Notes under the pieces: generated by a model | Told to the model about the DNA's origin: nothing | The model's database searches: none | The model's input: only the letters and a program-made list of their open reading frames with translations | Translations under genes and position numbers: made by a program | In this document: positions 1 through 13,028 of the stretch, piece by piece | Position numbering within the stretch: the first letter of the stretch is position 1 | How the letters are laid out: each line of letters begins with the position of its first letter | Assembly (NCBI GenBank): GCA_951406725.2 | Contig: OX597820.1 | Location: 35,402,001 to 35,466,000 of the forward strand | Direction: 5' to 3' | DNA length: 64,000 nt | Source of the DNA: Octopus vulgaris | Taxonomy: Eukaryota

Positions 1-775
1 TCCAAAAACATTTAAGGAACAAAATGAAGGAAAAGTAAACAATTGGAAAATGAAACCACTGCATGGGTAATACCTCAGAGAAATCGAAGGAAAAGACAAG
101 ATCAACACTTGGAGATGACTAAGGAAAAGTTATCTGAAAGGATGCACTGAGACATTGATATGCAGCGCTCAAGAACAAGCCCTGAGAACTAATTACACCA
201 AGTTTTAAATAGATAAGAGTAGTGAATCGCCCCTTTGTAGGATTTATGACAGCAGAAGCGAAACAATCTCACATATTGTGAGTGAGGTGCAAAAGCACTA
301 CAAAAGGAGGCACGATAACGTGGCTAAGTTCGTCCACTGGAGGCTATGTGAAAAGTTCGGCCTGAACAGAGCACGGAAATGGTACGAACATCAACCAGGA
401 GTCACCGAGAACAAGGAATATAAGATATAGTGGGATTTTACAATCCAATGTGACTCCCTAATCGCGGCTCGGAGATCAGATATTGTTGTGGTCGATAAAG
501 AAAGCAAGAAAACCAGGATTATAGATATTGCAATACTCGGGGATGCACGCATGACAAAAAACTAGAAGAGGTTAAAAAATACTAAAAGATGAAATTGCAA
601 GAATGTGGACTATGAGGAGAGTGTCGGTAATTCCAGTAGTTATAGGGGCAGTCAGAGCATTAACAACTAAGTTCGAGAAATATGTCAGAATCGGAATTGA
701 CATGAGAGCAGAGGAAACCTAAAAAAACTGCTCTGTTGGGGACAGCTAGGATTTTGAGATTGGTACTTATATGTT
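1..775 (+). mobile_element. Decayed Dong/R4-clade non-LTR retrotransposon, C-terminal part (CCHC region + restriction-like endonuclease)
   Basis: Manual translation across stops/frameshifts gives ETLICSAQEQALRTNY, SPLCRIY..SETISHIVS, YKRRHDNVAKFVHWRLCEKFG, WDFTIQCD..IAARRSDIVVVDK..IIDIA, VIPVVIGA and GTARILR, matching R4/Dong RLE-type elements; runs off the window start. Confidence 0.85.
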
Positions 776-1009
776 GAATGTCTCCCACAATAATTAACAA
801 CCAAGTATCAAAGCTTATAATGTGCAAAAAGAGACCCTGACAACGAGCAGCAGTTTTGGGGGAGAGGATGAGTCGATTACATTGACCCCAGTATTTAACT
901 GGTACTTATTTTATCGTCCTCGGCGGAATTTGAACTCAGAAGGTAAAGACGATCAAAATGCCGCTAAGCATTTTGTCAGAAATGTTAACGATCCAGCCTG
1001 CTCATCACC

Positions 1010-1031
1010 TTAATAATAATGAGAAAATGAA

Positions 1032-1066
<35 letters not shown>

Positions 1067-1150
1067 AGAAGAAGAAGAAGAAGAAGAAGAAGAAGAAGAA
1101 GAAGAAGAAGAAGAAGAACAACAACAACAACAACAACAACAATAATAATG
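1010..1150 (+). repeat. Compound trinucleotide microsatellite (TAA)/(GAA)n/(CAA)n/(TAA)
   Basis: Directly visible. Confidence 0.95.
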
Positions 1151-1154
1151 ATTT

Positions 1155-1360
1155 CAAATTTTGCCACAAGGGTAGCAATTTTGGGGGAGGGAATGAGTCG
1201 TTTACATCGACCCCAGCGTTCAACTGGTACTTATTTTATTGCCCCCAAAATGATGAAAGGTAAAATCGCCCTCGGCAGAATTTTAACTCAGAACGTGGCT
1301 ACGGGCGAAATACCCCTAAGCATTTCGCCTAGCGCGCTGATTCTTCCAGTTCACCGCCTT
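1155..1360 (-). mobile_element. SINE family A copy (tRNA-like head + CCTTTCATCCTTTCGGGGTCGATAAA-type core)
   Basis: Reverse complement matches the family seen at 47480 and 32326; followed by (TAA)n. Confidence 0.8.
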
Positions 1361-1381
1361 AATAATAATAATAACAACAAC

Positions 1382-1441
<60 letters not shown>

Positions 1442-2049
1442 CAACCCCTAATGAAAAAATTTTGTCTCCCATTTCAATTAGCATCTCGAAAGATGATGAC
1501 AATATCTTGCAACGCGTCATTTCCGGTCAGATTATTTATATGCCGCTATTTCCGGATCTCACTTGTTTCTTGCGTTTTTGCTTTATTTCTTTCGTGTTAT
1601 TTTTTTATTTCTTCTTTTGCATTCTTAGTTGCAGAATAAATTTTTGAATATTTTTCGTTCATGTCCACTCTCATCTCTTTTCTTTTTATCTGTTTTTCAA
1701 TTTTCTGGTTTGGGATTTTCTTTTCATGTGCGCGTTTCTTCTTTTTCTTTCCTTTCTATTTTTTTAGTTTCTTTATTCTTTCGGTTTTTTCCTAGTTTAC
1801 TTTCTTTTTTGGTCATTTTTTTTCATTTTCTCCTCATTTTTTCGTGTCCTCTCGATTAATTTCTCACACACTCTCTGTCTTTCTTCAATTCACTTTTTTC
1901 GTTTCTTCTCATATCTTACGGTATGCAGTCGTATCTCTCACTTTCTGTGATTTCATTCACAGGACTCTGACCTCGTAGGAAAGAAGGAGGTGGAAGCATG
2001 TGCAAAAAGGTTTTTTCTTTAATTTTTTTCACTGTTTTAAGTATGCGTC

Positions 2050-2330
2050 TTTCATTTTCTTCTTCTTCGTTTTCCTCGTCTTCTTCATTTTCTTCATCTT
2101 CTTCTTCTTCGTCGTCGTCGTCGTCTTCTCCGTCTTCTTCTTCTTCTTCTTCTTCTTCTTCTTCTTCTTCTTCTTCTTCTTCTTCTCCTCCTCCTCCTTC
2201 TTCTTCTTCTTCTTCTTCTTCTCCTTCTTCTTCTTCTTCTTCTTCTTCTTCTTCTTCTTCTTCTGCTTCTTCTTCTTCAGCATCATCATCATTACCGTTC
2301 TAATCAATCATCATCATTATCATCGTTAAC
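2050..2330 (+). repeat. (TTC)n-dominated compound microsatellite
   Basis: Directly visible. Confidence 0.95.
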
Positions 2331-2525
2331 ATCACCATTTAGCCTTTGTATAAATAAATATAACATAAATAAATATAGTTAAATATATATATATATATCA
2401 TATACACACATACATATGTATACATATGTATACCATATACATATATGTATATATGTATATATATATATATGCATATATATATACATATATATTTATTTAT
2501 ATACATACATATATACATACACACG

Positions 2526-2594
<69 letters not shown>

Positions 2595-3019
2595 TGGCCT
2601 ACTCACCTAGCCAGAGGGATGGCATCATTCGAAAGCTAAAGCAATGCGTATTGCATTGTGGCCAGCGATGTATAACAACATTCGATAGTCTGATCGATAC
2701 GCTGATAATGTGATAGCCGTATATACATACCCACCTAATATATATATATATGTGTTTGTATGTATGTATGTATGTATGTATAAATATAGGCATGTATGCA
2801 TATACATACATATACATATATTGACACACACATACATATATACATACAGCCACACACACACACGTACACACATCTATGCATATATATGCAATTTTCCTCT
2901 GATGTCTCCATCAAACAACTATTACTATTACATTTTCACTTTCTTTTTGGTCCTGCTTGCTCCTTCCCATGTCTTTCTTTTCCTTCCCTTTCACTCTGAT
3001 TCTTTTTCCTTCAATCCTG

Positions 3020-3050
<31 letters not shown>

Positions 3051-3453
3051 CTCTCTCGCTCTCTCTCTCTCTCTCCTCTAACCGCTCTGTCTCCTTCCAT
3101 CTTGCAACCAGAAGCTTTTCCTTCTAGTGTCCGTATTGACGTCAAAGAAGCTTAAATTTTTCATTGATTAATTAAAAATACAAGAGAATATGGAGTTTTG
3201 TGCTTGTGCATAGGTGTACGTATACAGATATGTCAACATATGTGAGTGTGAATGTGGAATATGTATGTAATTATGTATGTATTTGCCTGTGATTGCCTGT
3301 AGTTATGTATATGCCAGTATATCCAGTATATGTGTATATCTGTATATACGTATATGTGTGTATATAAACATATATATGCATGTATATATGCATATATATA
3401 TATGTGTGTGTGTCAGTGTGTGTGTGCATGTGTGTTTGTTTGTTTTTGTGTGT

Positions 3454-3750
3454 GGAGGCGCAATGACCCAGTGGTTAGGGCAGCTGACTCGCGGTCGGAG
3501 GATCGCGGTTTCGATTTCCAGACCGGGCGTTGTGTGTTTATTGAACGAAAACACCTAAAGCTCCACGAGGTTCCGTCAGGGGGTGGTGGCAACCCCTGTT
3601 GACTCTTTCGCCCTAACTTTCTCTCACTACTTCTTCCTGTTTCTTCAGTAACGCTGAGATGGACTGGCGTCCCGTCCAGCTGGGGGGAATACATACACCA
3701 CAGAAACCGGGAAACCGGGCCCATGGGGATGGCTAGGCTTGAAAAGGGCA
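3454..3750 (+). mobile_element. SINE family D (tRNA-derived head, 3' part with GATGGACTGGCGTCCCGTCCAG)
   Basis: GGAGGCGCAATGACCCAGTGGTTAGGGCAGC..GGTTTCGATT pol III A/B-box-like head; same head at 62308 (-). Confidence 0.8.
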
Positions 3751-3758
3751 CAAAAATA

Positions 3759-3822
<64 letters not shown>

Positions 3823-3836
3823 CAAATGTCTATCTA

Positions 3837-3889
<53 letters not shown>

Positions 3890-4605
3890 AATATGTATAT
3901 ATTATGTATGCATGTTTGTTTAGCAATCTATCTATCAAGCAATTTATCTACGTATATGTTTATATATACATCCATTCATATGTGTGCCTATGTGTGAGCG
4001 TCTGTTTGTGTGTGTGTATGTTTGTGTATGTGTGTGTAAGTTGCCATTGATACATATGATTAAGTATGTGTGTGAGAGAGAGAGAGATTGTATGTGTGTA
4101 CGAACGTTTGTGAATGGATGAGGTTATTTCATCCTTAATGTGGGCGAGGAACAATGCCCTTCAGTGTTTCCACTCCTCTCCGTCTCTTTATCTGTCTGTC
4201 TGTCTGTCTGTCTGTGAATACATGTTGGGGTATGTCTGAATAGGTCTACATTGTGCATGTGCATGTTTTTGTGAACAGTGTGCTTCTGAATGAGGGCTTT
4301 TTCTTTGCCCGTGTATAGCTGGGCTTGGGTACATATATACATGTATCTTGTGTAAACAACCATGTGCAAAAATACATATATACGGGTGTACCTATATATA
4401 CATGTGTGTGCGTATATATATATATATATATACATATCTTTTATATTTTTGAGTCATTAGATTGCGGCCATGCTATGGCACCATCTTGAACTTTTAGTCC
4501 AATGAATCGACCCCAGTATTTATTTTTTCAAAGCCTAGTACTTATTCTATCAGTAACATTTGCCGAGTTACAGAGACGTAAACACAACAACGCACACACA
4601 CACAC

Positions 4606-4636
<31 letters not shown>

Positions 4637-4946
4637 TATGTATATATATATATATATATAATCAAAATATTTTTTGTATAGCTGAAGATTCCTCAACATT
4701 TTAAATTGATGTAATGTTTGCATTGTTCGATTAAATGGAGTCGCATGAAACGCTCGACTGCATTACTTCTGGAAACCCCTGTTGCTTATTTTGATTATAA
4801 TCACCTTATTTTAAAGTGTATGGATAATATCATACTAAATTTTGGTGCCTTAACTTAAGTACCATATTCATCTGAATCTCTCTCTCTCTCGCTCTCTGTC
4901 TCTCTCTCTCTCGCTCTTTCTCTCTCGCTCTTTCTCTCTCGCTCTT

Positions 4947-5050
<104 letters not shown>

Positions 5051-5221
5051 TATACGACGAGCTTCTTTCAGTTTCCGTCTACCAAATGCACTCACAAGGG
5101 TTTCGTCAGCCCGAGGCTATAGTAGAAGACACTTTACCAAGGTGCCACGCAGTGAGACTGAATCCAGAACCATGTGGTTGGGAAGCATGCTTCTTTCCAC
5201 ACAGTCTCTCCTGCGCCTATA

Positions 5222-5260
<39 letters not shown>

Positions 5261-5268
5261 CGGTAGTG

Positions 5269-5319
<51 letters not shown>

Positions 5320-5710
5320 AGAGTAGTAGTAAGAGTAGAAGGAAGAGGAACAGGAGTAGGTGGAGCAGGAGTGGGAGGATCGGGAGGAAGTGGGTCGATA
5401 AAATAAAGTGCCAGTCGTGTATTGAGGTTGATACAACCGACTTCTCCCCTCCCCGTTAAAATGGTGACCATGTGCCAAAATCTGAAAGAATTATTGTTGT
5501 CATTACTTAAATAAATACATTACTATTTGATATACACACACATATATACATACATGCGCACACATTCGCAGATACATACTCTAGATACATAGATACACAA
5601 CACACGGACACATATATGATATATAAACATATCATATATTGAACTTCTTGAATACTTCGTAAGTTCTCCATATTATTTTTCGTCTCTCCATCTGTTTTCT
5701 CTCCGCATTC

Positions 5711-5746
5711 CTTTCTGTTGAAGAGCGTAGGCGCGAAACGTCAAAG
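5711..5746 (+). ncRNA. Variant minimal hammerhead-like motif in PLE-type repeat
   Basis: CTTT CTGTTGA A GAGC GTAG GCGC GAAA CG TC AAAG; relatives at 29536-29574 and 41697-41735; core has U in place of the conserved A. Confidence 0.45.
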
Positions 5747-6083
5747 ACTCGTCCATTTTCCTGAGCGTCAAATTCATTGTTTGTAGTCTTTTGTTCCCTC
5801 GCGTGTCTATGTGTTTTCGTTTTGTATAATTTTGAACTATGTGTATACATACTTACATACATAGATATATACATACGTACATATACATATATATGCAAGC
5901 ATGTGTATATATATATATATATATAGTGACGTATTTTTGCCATTTCAATATGGCTAACCCCTAAGGGTGGATGCTACTGTAGTTTTTAGCCCCAGGAGGA
6001 CACGCTCCTCCAGCTGGCCATAGACACACTATCTGTGTCCTGTCAGTATTTGCAAAGGGAAGTCATCCTTCCCGTCTTCAACT

Positions 6084-6144
6084 TATGATACACACGGACT
6101 CGAGTTTCGAGGTATTGACCTCTCGTCAGCGTGTGACAATCATA
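6084..6144 (-). ncRNA. Type I hammerhead ribozyme (unit 1)
   Basis: Minus strand: CACACG CUGACGA GAGG-UCAAUA-CCUC GAAA CUCGAG UC CGUGUG; full core, 3 stems, predicted GUC cleavage between 6097/6096. Confidence 0.88.
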
Positions 6145-6436
6145 GTTGTCGCCGAGAATTAGATTTCCTTCACAAATACTTATACTTTTTCCAACGTCCA
6201 CTGTCGCTGATATTGAAAAAGTGAAATCAAACGATGATAAATATCAAAGTGAGTTATATACAGTAGCGGTAACACATCGTGACGTATTTTTGCCATTTCA
6301 ATATGGCTAACCCCTAAGGGTGGATGCTACTGTAGTTTTTAGCCCCAGGAGGACACACTCCTCCAGCTGGCCATAGACACACTATATGTGTCCTGTCAGT
6401 ATTTGCAAAGGGAAGTCATCCTTCCCGTCTTCAACT

Positions 6437-6497
6437 TATGATACACACGGACTCGAGTTTCGAGGTATTGACCTCTCGTCAGCGTGTGATAATCATA
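6437..6497 (-). ncRNA. Type I hammerhead ribozyme (unit 2)
   Basis: Same motif 353 bp downstream; predicted cleavage between 6450/6449. Confidence 0.88.
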
Positions 6498-6897
6498 GTT
6501 GTCGCCGAGAATTAGATTTCCTTCACAAATACTTATACTTTTTCCAGCGTCCACTGTCGCTGATATTGAAAAAGTGAAATCAAACGATGATAAATATCAA
6601 AGTGAGTTATATACAGTAGCGGTAACACATCGTGACGTATTTTTGCCATTTCAATATGGCTAACCCCTAAGGGTGGATGCTACTGTAGTTTTTAGCCCCA
6701 GGAGGACACACTCCTCCAGCTGGCCATAGGGGTTATCCATATTGAAATGGCAAAAATACGTCACGATGTGTTACCGCTACTGTATATAACTCACTTTGAT
6801 ATTTATCATCGTTTGATTTCACTTTTTCAATATCAGCGACAGTGGACGCTGGAAAAAGTATAAGTATTTGTGAAGGAAATCTAATTTCGGCGACAAC

Positions 6898-6958
6898 TAT
6901 GATTGTCACACGCTGACGAGAGGTCAATACCTCGAAACTCGAGTCCGTGTGTATCATA
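6898..6958 (+). ncRNA. Type I hammerhead ribozyme (inverted unit)
   Basis: TATGAT tgt CACACG CTGACGA GAGG TCAATA CCTC GAAA CTCGAG TC CGTGTG t ATCATA; predicted cleavage after 6945. Confidence 0.88.
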
Positions 6959-7878
6959 AGTTGAAGACGGGAAGGATGACTTCCCTTTGCAAATACTGAC
7001 AGGACACAGATAGTGTGTCTATGGCCAGCTGGAGGAGTGTGTCCTCCTGGGGCTAAAAACTACAGTAGCATCCACCCTTAGGGGTTAGCCATATTGAAAT
7101 GGCAAAAATACGTCACGATGTGTTACCGCTACTGTATATAACTCAATTTGATATTTATCATCGTTATATATATATATATATATATACATATATAATACTT
7201 AAATGCTTACAAATATACTGATGTTTAAGAGAGTACTCTTCTTAAAATATCATCGCAAAAACATTTCATACGTTTCTTTATACTGATTTCAAAATTGTGC
7301 ACCAGGCCTGCAGTACTGGGGAGAGGCTAAGTCGATCTCATCGACTCTAGTGATAAACTGATACTTCTTTTATCAACCCAGAAACGATGAAAGATAAAAT
7401 TGACTTCCGTAGAATTTGAACTCAGAACGGAAAGACTGGACAAAATGCTTAGCAGCATTTCGTCTGTTTTTACGATTCTAAGTTCAAATTCCGCAGAGGG
7501 TGACTTTGCCAGCTCGTCGCCTCTTTGTTTCTTTATATTAACAATTAACAGAGTATGTTGTTATATTCGTATGTAAATTCCTATGAAATTCTCTTATCTT
7601 TTCTCGACTTCCCACGCTGTACAGCAAATATGCTGTGTTAGATTTTATTCAAAGAAGGCTCCCATGGTAATTGCAATAATTCCTAATCTAATACGACATT
7701 CTTATTAACTATTATTGCGTAAAGATCTAGAATGTCATTGTCACGGTTACATAATGAACAAAATTGCAATCTATTTTCTTTAAGAACATATCAGCTATGC
7801 TTCATTGTCTATCTGCCTATCTATTTAGTTAGTAATCAATCACTCTATCTATCTATTATTTAGCTAGTAATCAATCAC

Positions 7879-7949
<71 letters not shown>

Positions 7950-8418
7950 GACTGTCTGACTGTCTGTCTATCTATTTATCTATCTATCTAAAATAATAAG
8001 GGTGAAAAATTGAATATTAATTTGATTAATATCAATTTAAAACCAGTGGTCTAGCATATTGAAAAATCTGAAGTTTCAGAAAAAATTATATTACATATAT
8101 ATGATCTGTTAGTGGACATACATTATGCTAGAAGACCTTCTATGGTCTTACCACTAAGAAAGGAATGTTCTCAAGAAAATTTAGCAAACGGCAGAACGTA
8201 CGCGAGCAAGACAAATGAAAAGATATAAAATATAGATAAATCATAAACCCGATTTCGTGGTTATCACTTACGTAATCATTTACGTAATTGTCCACAACTC
8301 ACCAGTGTGATCGTCTTTGCAAATATAATTTGCAGAAGTATACACGAGGCGTCCGCATGAGATTGAACACCTATACATATATATGCATATATATACACAC
8401 ACACACACACATATATAT

Positions 8419-8477
<59 letters not shown>

Positions 8478-8697
8478 TTGGATGTAAATATCTACATGCA
8501 TATCTCTGTATATATACGTATGTATATATCTATAGACATGCATGCATCTATACATGCATATATGTGTGTTTGTGTGTGTGTGTGTGTGCATGTGTCTGTG
8601 CGTGTGTGTTAGTGTGTTTGTACATACATACACACACACTCACACACGCACACGCACATACATGTATATTTATATATATATATATAAATATATATAC

Positions 8698-8753
<56 letters not shown>

Positions 8754-8755
<2 letters not shown>

Positions 8756-8955
8756 GCCCGGGTTGATTCGGGGTTAACCACAGTAAGTAAGGTACTCAAT
8801 ACATAGCAGAGTAAAATTAATTTATTATATAGAAGGAGCTTCACAGGACTAGTACTGTTTCATTCAAGAGAAATCTTCAGGAAGCTTCAGGAGCTTCCTG
8901 AAGATTTCTCTTGAATGAAACAGTACTAGTCCTGTAGAAGCTCCTTCTATATAAT

Positions 8956-8958
<3 letters not shown>
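8754..8958. mobile_element. PLE-type terminal remnant with inverted duplication inside (TA)n
   Basis: Inverted arms ~8823-8887 / 8892-8957; homologous copy at 25272-25424. Confidence 0.7.
8890..8944 (+). ncRNA. Type I hammerhead ribozyme
   Basis: GGAGCTTC CTGAAGA TTTC-TCTT-GAAT GAAA CAG-TACTAGTC-CTG TA GAAGCTCC: 8-bp stem I, intact core, weak stem II, GUA site. Confidence 0.8.
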
Positions 8959-9020
<62 letters not shown>

Positions 9021-9531
9021 CGTAGGTATGTATGTATGTATGCATGTAAATAGAATATATTCTTTTATTTGTTTCAGTTATTTGACTGCGGCCATGCTTC
9101 AGCAGCACCCTGAAGGAGTTTTAGTCGAACAAATTGACCCGAGGACTTATTTTTTTATGTTTAGTACTTATTCTATCGGCTTCCTTGGCCGAATAGCTAA
9201 GTTACAGAGGCTTAAGCATACCAACACCGATTGTCAAGCGCTGATCTGGGGACAAACGCAATCTTAAGGGTATCAGTCTAGAACGCAATTTTAAGGCTGG
9301 AAAAAACCTCTCCCACATATATGTGCTTTCAAACATACACAACACCTTCTTAACAAAATATATAATGTTTGTGTATTTCACAGGGTTAACATAGGTGTAG
9401 GACTGAGGGACTCCAACATCTGAAAGCTTCTATTTTAATGCTGAATCACATGTGACGTTAATAAGTCCAATTTGAATAGAGGAAGGAACATCATTAACAT
9501 CAACAGCAAAGGGGTTCGAAAACACATCAAG

Positions 9532-9741
9532 TTATTTACATTATTTACAACTGATGGATATTCGTCCTCATCTTGTTTGTAGTTAACACAAGGTTTCGGC
9601 TGAATTACCCTCCAGCGCATAAGATGGAGGTTATCGCGAATATTACCTGATGAAAGCCGGAGGGTATATCAGCCGAAACGTTGTGTTAACAACAAACAAA
9701 ATGAGGACGAATATCTGTTAATTGTAAATAATGTAAATAAT
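9532..9741. mobile_element. Inverted-repeat PLE-type remnant with hammerhead-like motif (9643-9685, +)
   Basis: Arms 9532-9613 / 9659-9741; CTGATGA..GCC GAAA CG TT; stems weak. Confidence 0.6.
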
Positions 9742-9753
9742 GTACATAATTCC

Positions 9754-11185
9754 TCATATCTTAAATATAGAACTGTACACATCAAGTTGTAGCTTCATTT
9801 CCTTCAATTCTTTGAATCGTCCGTCAAATTCCCTCTGCAGTTTGTTGATAAATTCCACACATTCCTGTAGTGCATCACAGTCCACTGAATTCAAAGTTTT
9901 CAGCGATGGGAAAAGGTCAAAGTTCTTTAGTAGTAATTGTTTCTCCCACAGACTTAGTCTCATTTTGAAAGCAGTGACACCGTCACTCATTTGCATAATC
10001 ATGTTTGACTCACCTTGAAGTTTCAAATTGAGTGTATTCAGATGCTTGGTGATGTCAACAAGGAAAGCCAAACATGTACAAAAATCATCATCTCCCAATT
10101 CGTAACCATGAATACACCTATTTCTTCTCTAAGCGCAAAGAATCTCTCCAAAACATTATCCCGACTTAGCCAGCGTGCCTCAGAGTGATAAAGCAGCTCT
10201 CCATATTCACTATCCATTTGCTCCGGGAAGGTTTTGAATTGACGATGATTCAAACTGCGTACTCTGATGGTATTTATGATTTTGTCCACGATATCCATGA
10301 CATTTCGTAGCTTCACTGCTTTTCCACAGAGGGCCTCTGGATGAATCAGGCAATGAACAGGTACAATAGGTTGACAGCTAAGTTCAAGTTGATAAGCCAC
10401 AGTTTTCAGAACACATTGCATGTGCTCCATCAGTTGTTATGGACACAAGCATCGCCCACTTCAAACCACCACCTTCAGCCGAACTTTCCAACGCCCTAAA
10501 ACATCTCTTCCTGTTGTCGTGTCTTTCAGTGAGACTAAGTCAAAAAGTTCCTCGGTCACTTTGGGGTCTTTGTCAATGCCACGAATGAAAATTACACAAA
10601 ATGCAGTGTCACACGTAACAGTACTCTCATCAAGTGCCAGTGAACACCCATCAAAATTTTGAGATAATGAAATTAACTGCTTCTCCGCACTAGTTGACAT
10701 TTCTGTAATTCGTCGAGCAACCACGTTAGCAAAAAAGACTAATTTCACTTTTCACTTTTTCTGGACAGAGAATTTGGGCAACATTCACCATACAGTCTCT
10801 CACGAATTAACCTTTAGTAGATGGGTGTGAGGCTTCTGCAATCATTTGACTGACTACATAGCTGACTTTTACATCTGAAGATTTGTGCTCTTTATCGAAA
10901 ACATGACTCTGTTGTGATAGAGATGACTTCAGTCGACAAAGTCTGTCATGCCGTAATTTTCCTTCCAACTTACCAAAGTCTTTATGTTGTGAATTGTAGT
11001 ACCGCTTCATATTGTATTCTTTGAGAACGCCAATTGTGTACAGGCAAATAAGACACTGAATATGACATTTCCTACTTGCACCTGCTTGACTCCGGATCAC
11101 AAAGTAGCTATCTTCCCAACGTTCTTGAAATGTTCTGTTTTCATCCGATATTTTCTGTATTTTTTTTTTCAGAAGCCAACTTGAT
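9754..11185 (-). pseudogene. hAT (SPIN/Charlie, GTF2IRD2-like) transposase pseudogene, 3'-truncated
   Basis: Consecutive frameshifted ORFs: ENRTFQERWE, CLICLYTIGVLKEYNMKRYY..H, SLALDEST..IFIRG..VTEELFDLVSLKDTTTGRD, HCLIHPEALC, LNHRQFK..YGELLYHSEARWLSR..LERFFALREEI, LAFLVDITKHLNTLNLKLQG. Confidence 0.92.
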
Positions 11186-11312
11186 GGAGAGTGATTTTAT
11201 TCAACGTCTTTTTGTTTTATTATCACGCATAAGTCGGATTACCCCCAATTTTAACTGAAAAGAAATGATAATGGTGTCCGGATTAGAAATTTGTTAAACA
11301 ACAATTAGTATA

Positions 11313-11363
<51 letters not shown>

Positions 11364-11426
11364 TGCTATTAAGTTAGACATGGCCTGGACCAATCTTTGG
11401 TCGAAACATATCTAAGTTTATCTAAG

Positions 11427-11537
<111 letters not shown>

Positions 11538-11782
11538 TGTTACTCACTTTGGGGTGAGTAGCACACTCTTCATATTTTCATTTTCAGATATGCATGTTAT
11601 CATAACCTTAATTTCTTTAAGCATACTCATATATATATACAACTATATATATGTAAACCATAAAAGGCCAGGAGTTATGACAGGTCGATATATTTATTTC
11701 ACCACTTGATATCTCGACCGTTTTGCAGCCTTTTTCATGTAGTAATAATTTCGGTGTGAAATAATTTATGTTTACATGTTTG

Positions 11783-12085
11783 CTTGGCTCAGTAGTTAGA
11801 GCGTAGGGCTCACAATCATGAGGTAGTGAGTTCGAATCGTGGACCAAGGTGTGTGTTGTGTTCTTGAGCAAGACACTTTATTTCACGTTGCTCCAGTTCA
11901 CTCAGCTGTAGAAATGAGTTGCGATGTCACTGGTGCCAAGCTGTATCGGCCTTTGCCTTTCCCTTGGATAACATCGGTGGTGTGAAAAGGGGAGGCTGAT
12001 ATGCATGAGTGGCTACAACGTTGCTCGAACTTGTGCCTGGGAGGGGAACTTTCCAGGTGCAATCCCATGGTCATGGAGGGGCTCT
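11783..12085 (+). mobile_element. SINE family C copy (diverged)
   Basis: Matches 18405-18745 along its length. Confidence 0.8.
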
Positions 12086-12157
12086 TTGCATGTTTTCCTT
12101 AACAGAGTTGAATTGGTTTAACCAGGATGTTCTGGTGATCTGATGAGCTAGCTTCTT

Positions 12158-12500
12158 TTATTACCTCCGCCTTAACGAAGGCGGAGGTATTGTTTTTAGT
12201 TGTGTTTGTTTGTTTGTTTGTTTGTCTGCGGACAAGATATCTGAAGAACCGCTGGATGGATTCGGACAAAACTTTCAGGAATGTTTGGCCTTGTAACTGC
12301 CACGACCTGTATCGGACAAGGATTCTGGTTTATTTTTCCTGTTCTTTTACTTAATTTCTGAGAGCGGTTGGGTTCATATTTAGTATTCTCGTTTATGAAA
12401 GCAGTCGAGTTTATTTCAGATATACTCATGGCTAATCGTTGAGAGGACGTTGGTGTTGCCTTGATGGAGGTTAGCTCTCTCTGAGTGCTCTTATTTGTAT
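12158..12500 (+). mobile_element. Non-autonomous Helentron/HINE(DINE-1)-like element
   Basis: TTATTACCTCCGCC..GGCGGAGG 5' hairpin, (GTTT)n tract, conserved body, subterminal GGAGG and CTCTGAGTGCTC end; second copy 38731-39075 (-). Class is inferred from architecture. Confidence 0.6.
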
Positions 12501-12859
12501 TGATTTGTGAATATACAATTGGATTTCGTAAAGAGTAGCATTCATATTAATGCAAACATGTAAGCATTAATTTATTCTACGCAAACATTATTCTATACAC
12601 ACATACAAACACACACATACACACACACACACACATACACACATGTATATGTATGTATATATACCCTGTATACCCTCTTAATCAATTCGTCTGTCTGACT
12701 ATCTGCATGTTTATATCTGTGAATGTGAGGGTGTGTGTTCGTGTGCGTGTGTGTCTGATTAATAAATTTGGGTCTACTAATTTGCCTAGCATTGTTTTTT
12801 ATAACTTAGATACAATAACAATGCTAAACATTATATGTTTAGTATTATAAACAAATACA

Positions 12860-12916
<57 letters not shown>

Positions 12917-12956
12917 ATGCATATATATATATATTTCTACTTCTCCCAGCCACGTG

Positions 12957-13028
<72 letters not shown>

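Larger units (their letters stand above)
5926..7165. repeat. 353-bp tandem array (2.3 units) followed by inverted 1.2 units; retrozyme / PLE-derived element
   Basis: GTGACGTATTTTTGCC starts at 5926, 6279, 6632; reverse-complement copy 6729-7165; units differ by only a few substitutions; flanked on both sides by (TA)n. Confidence 0.95.

Noticed and set aside
4676-4762. CTGAAGA...GAAACG hammerhead candidate
   Set aside because: No clean stem II or UH cleavage site; at best a decayed relic
5926-6728. Tandem repeat as a CRISPR array, or its 63-74 aa ORFs as genes
   Set aside because: Whole 353-bp units repeat with no unique spacers; eukaryotic context; start codons are not conserved among units
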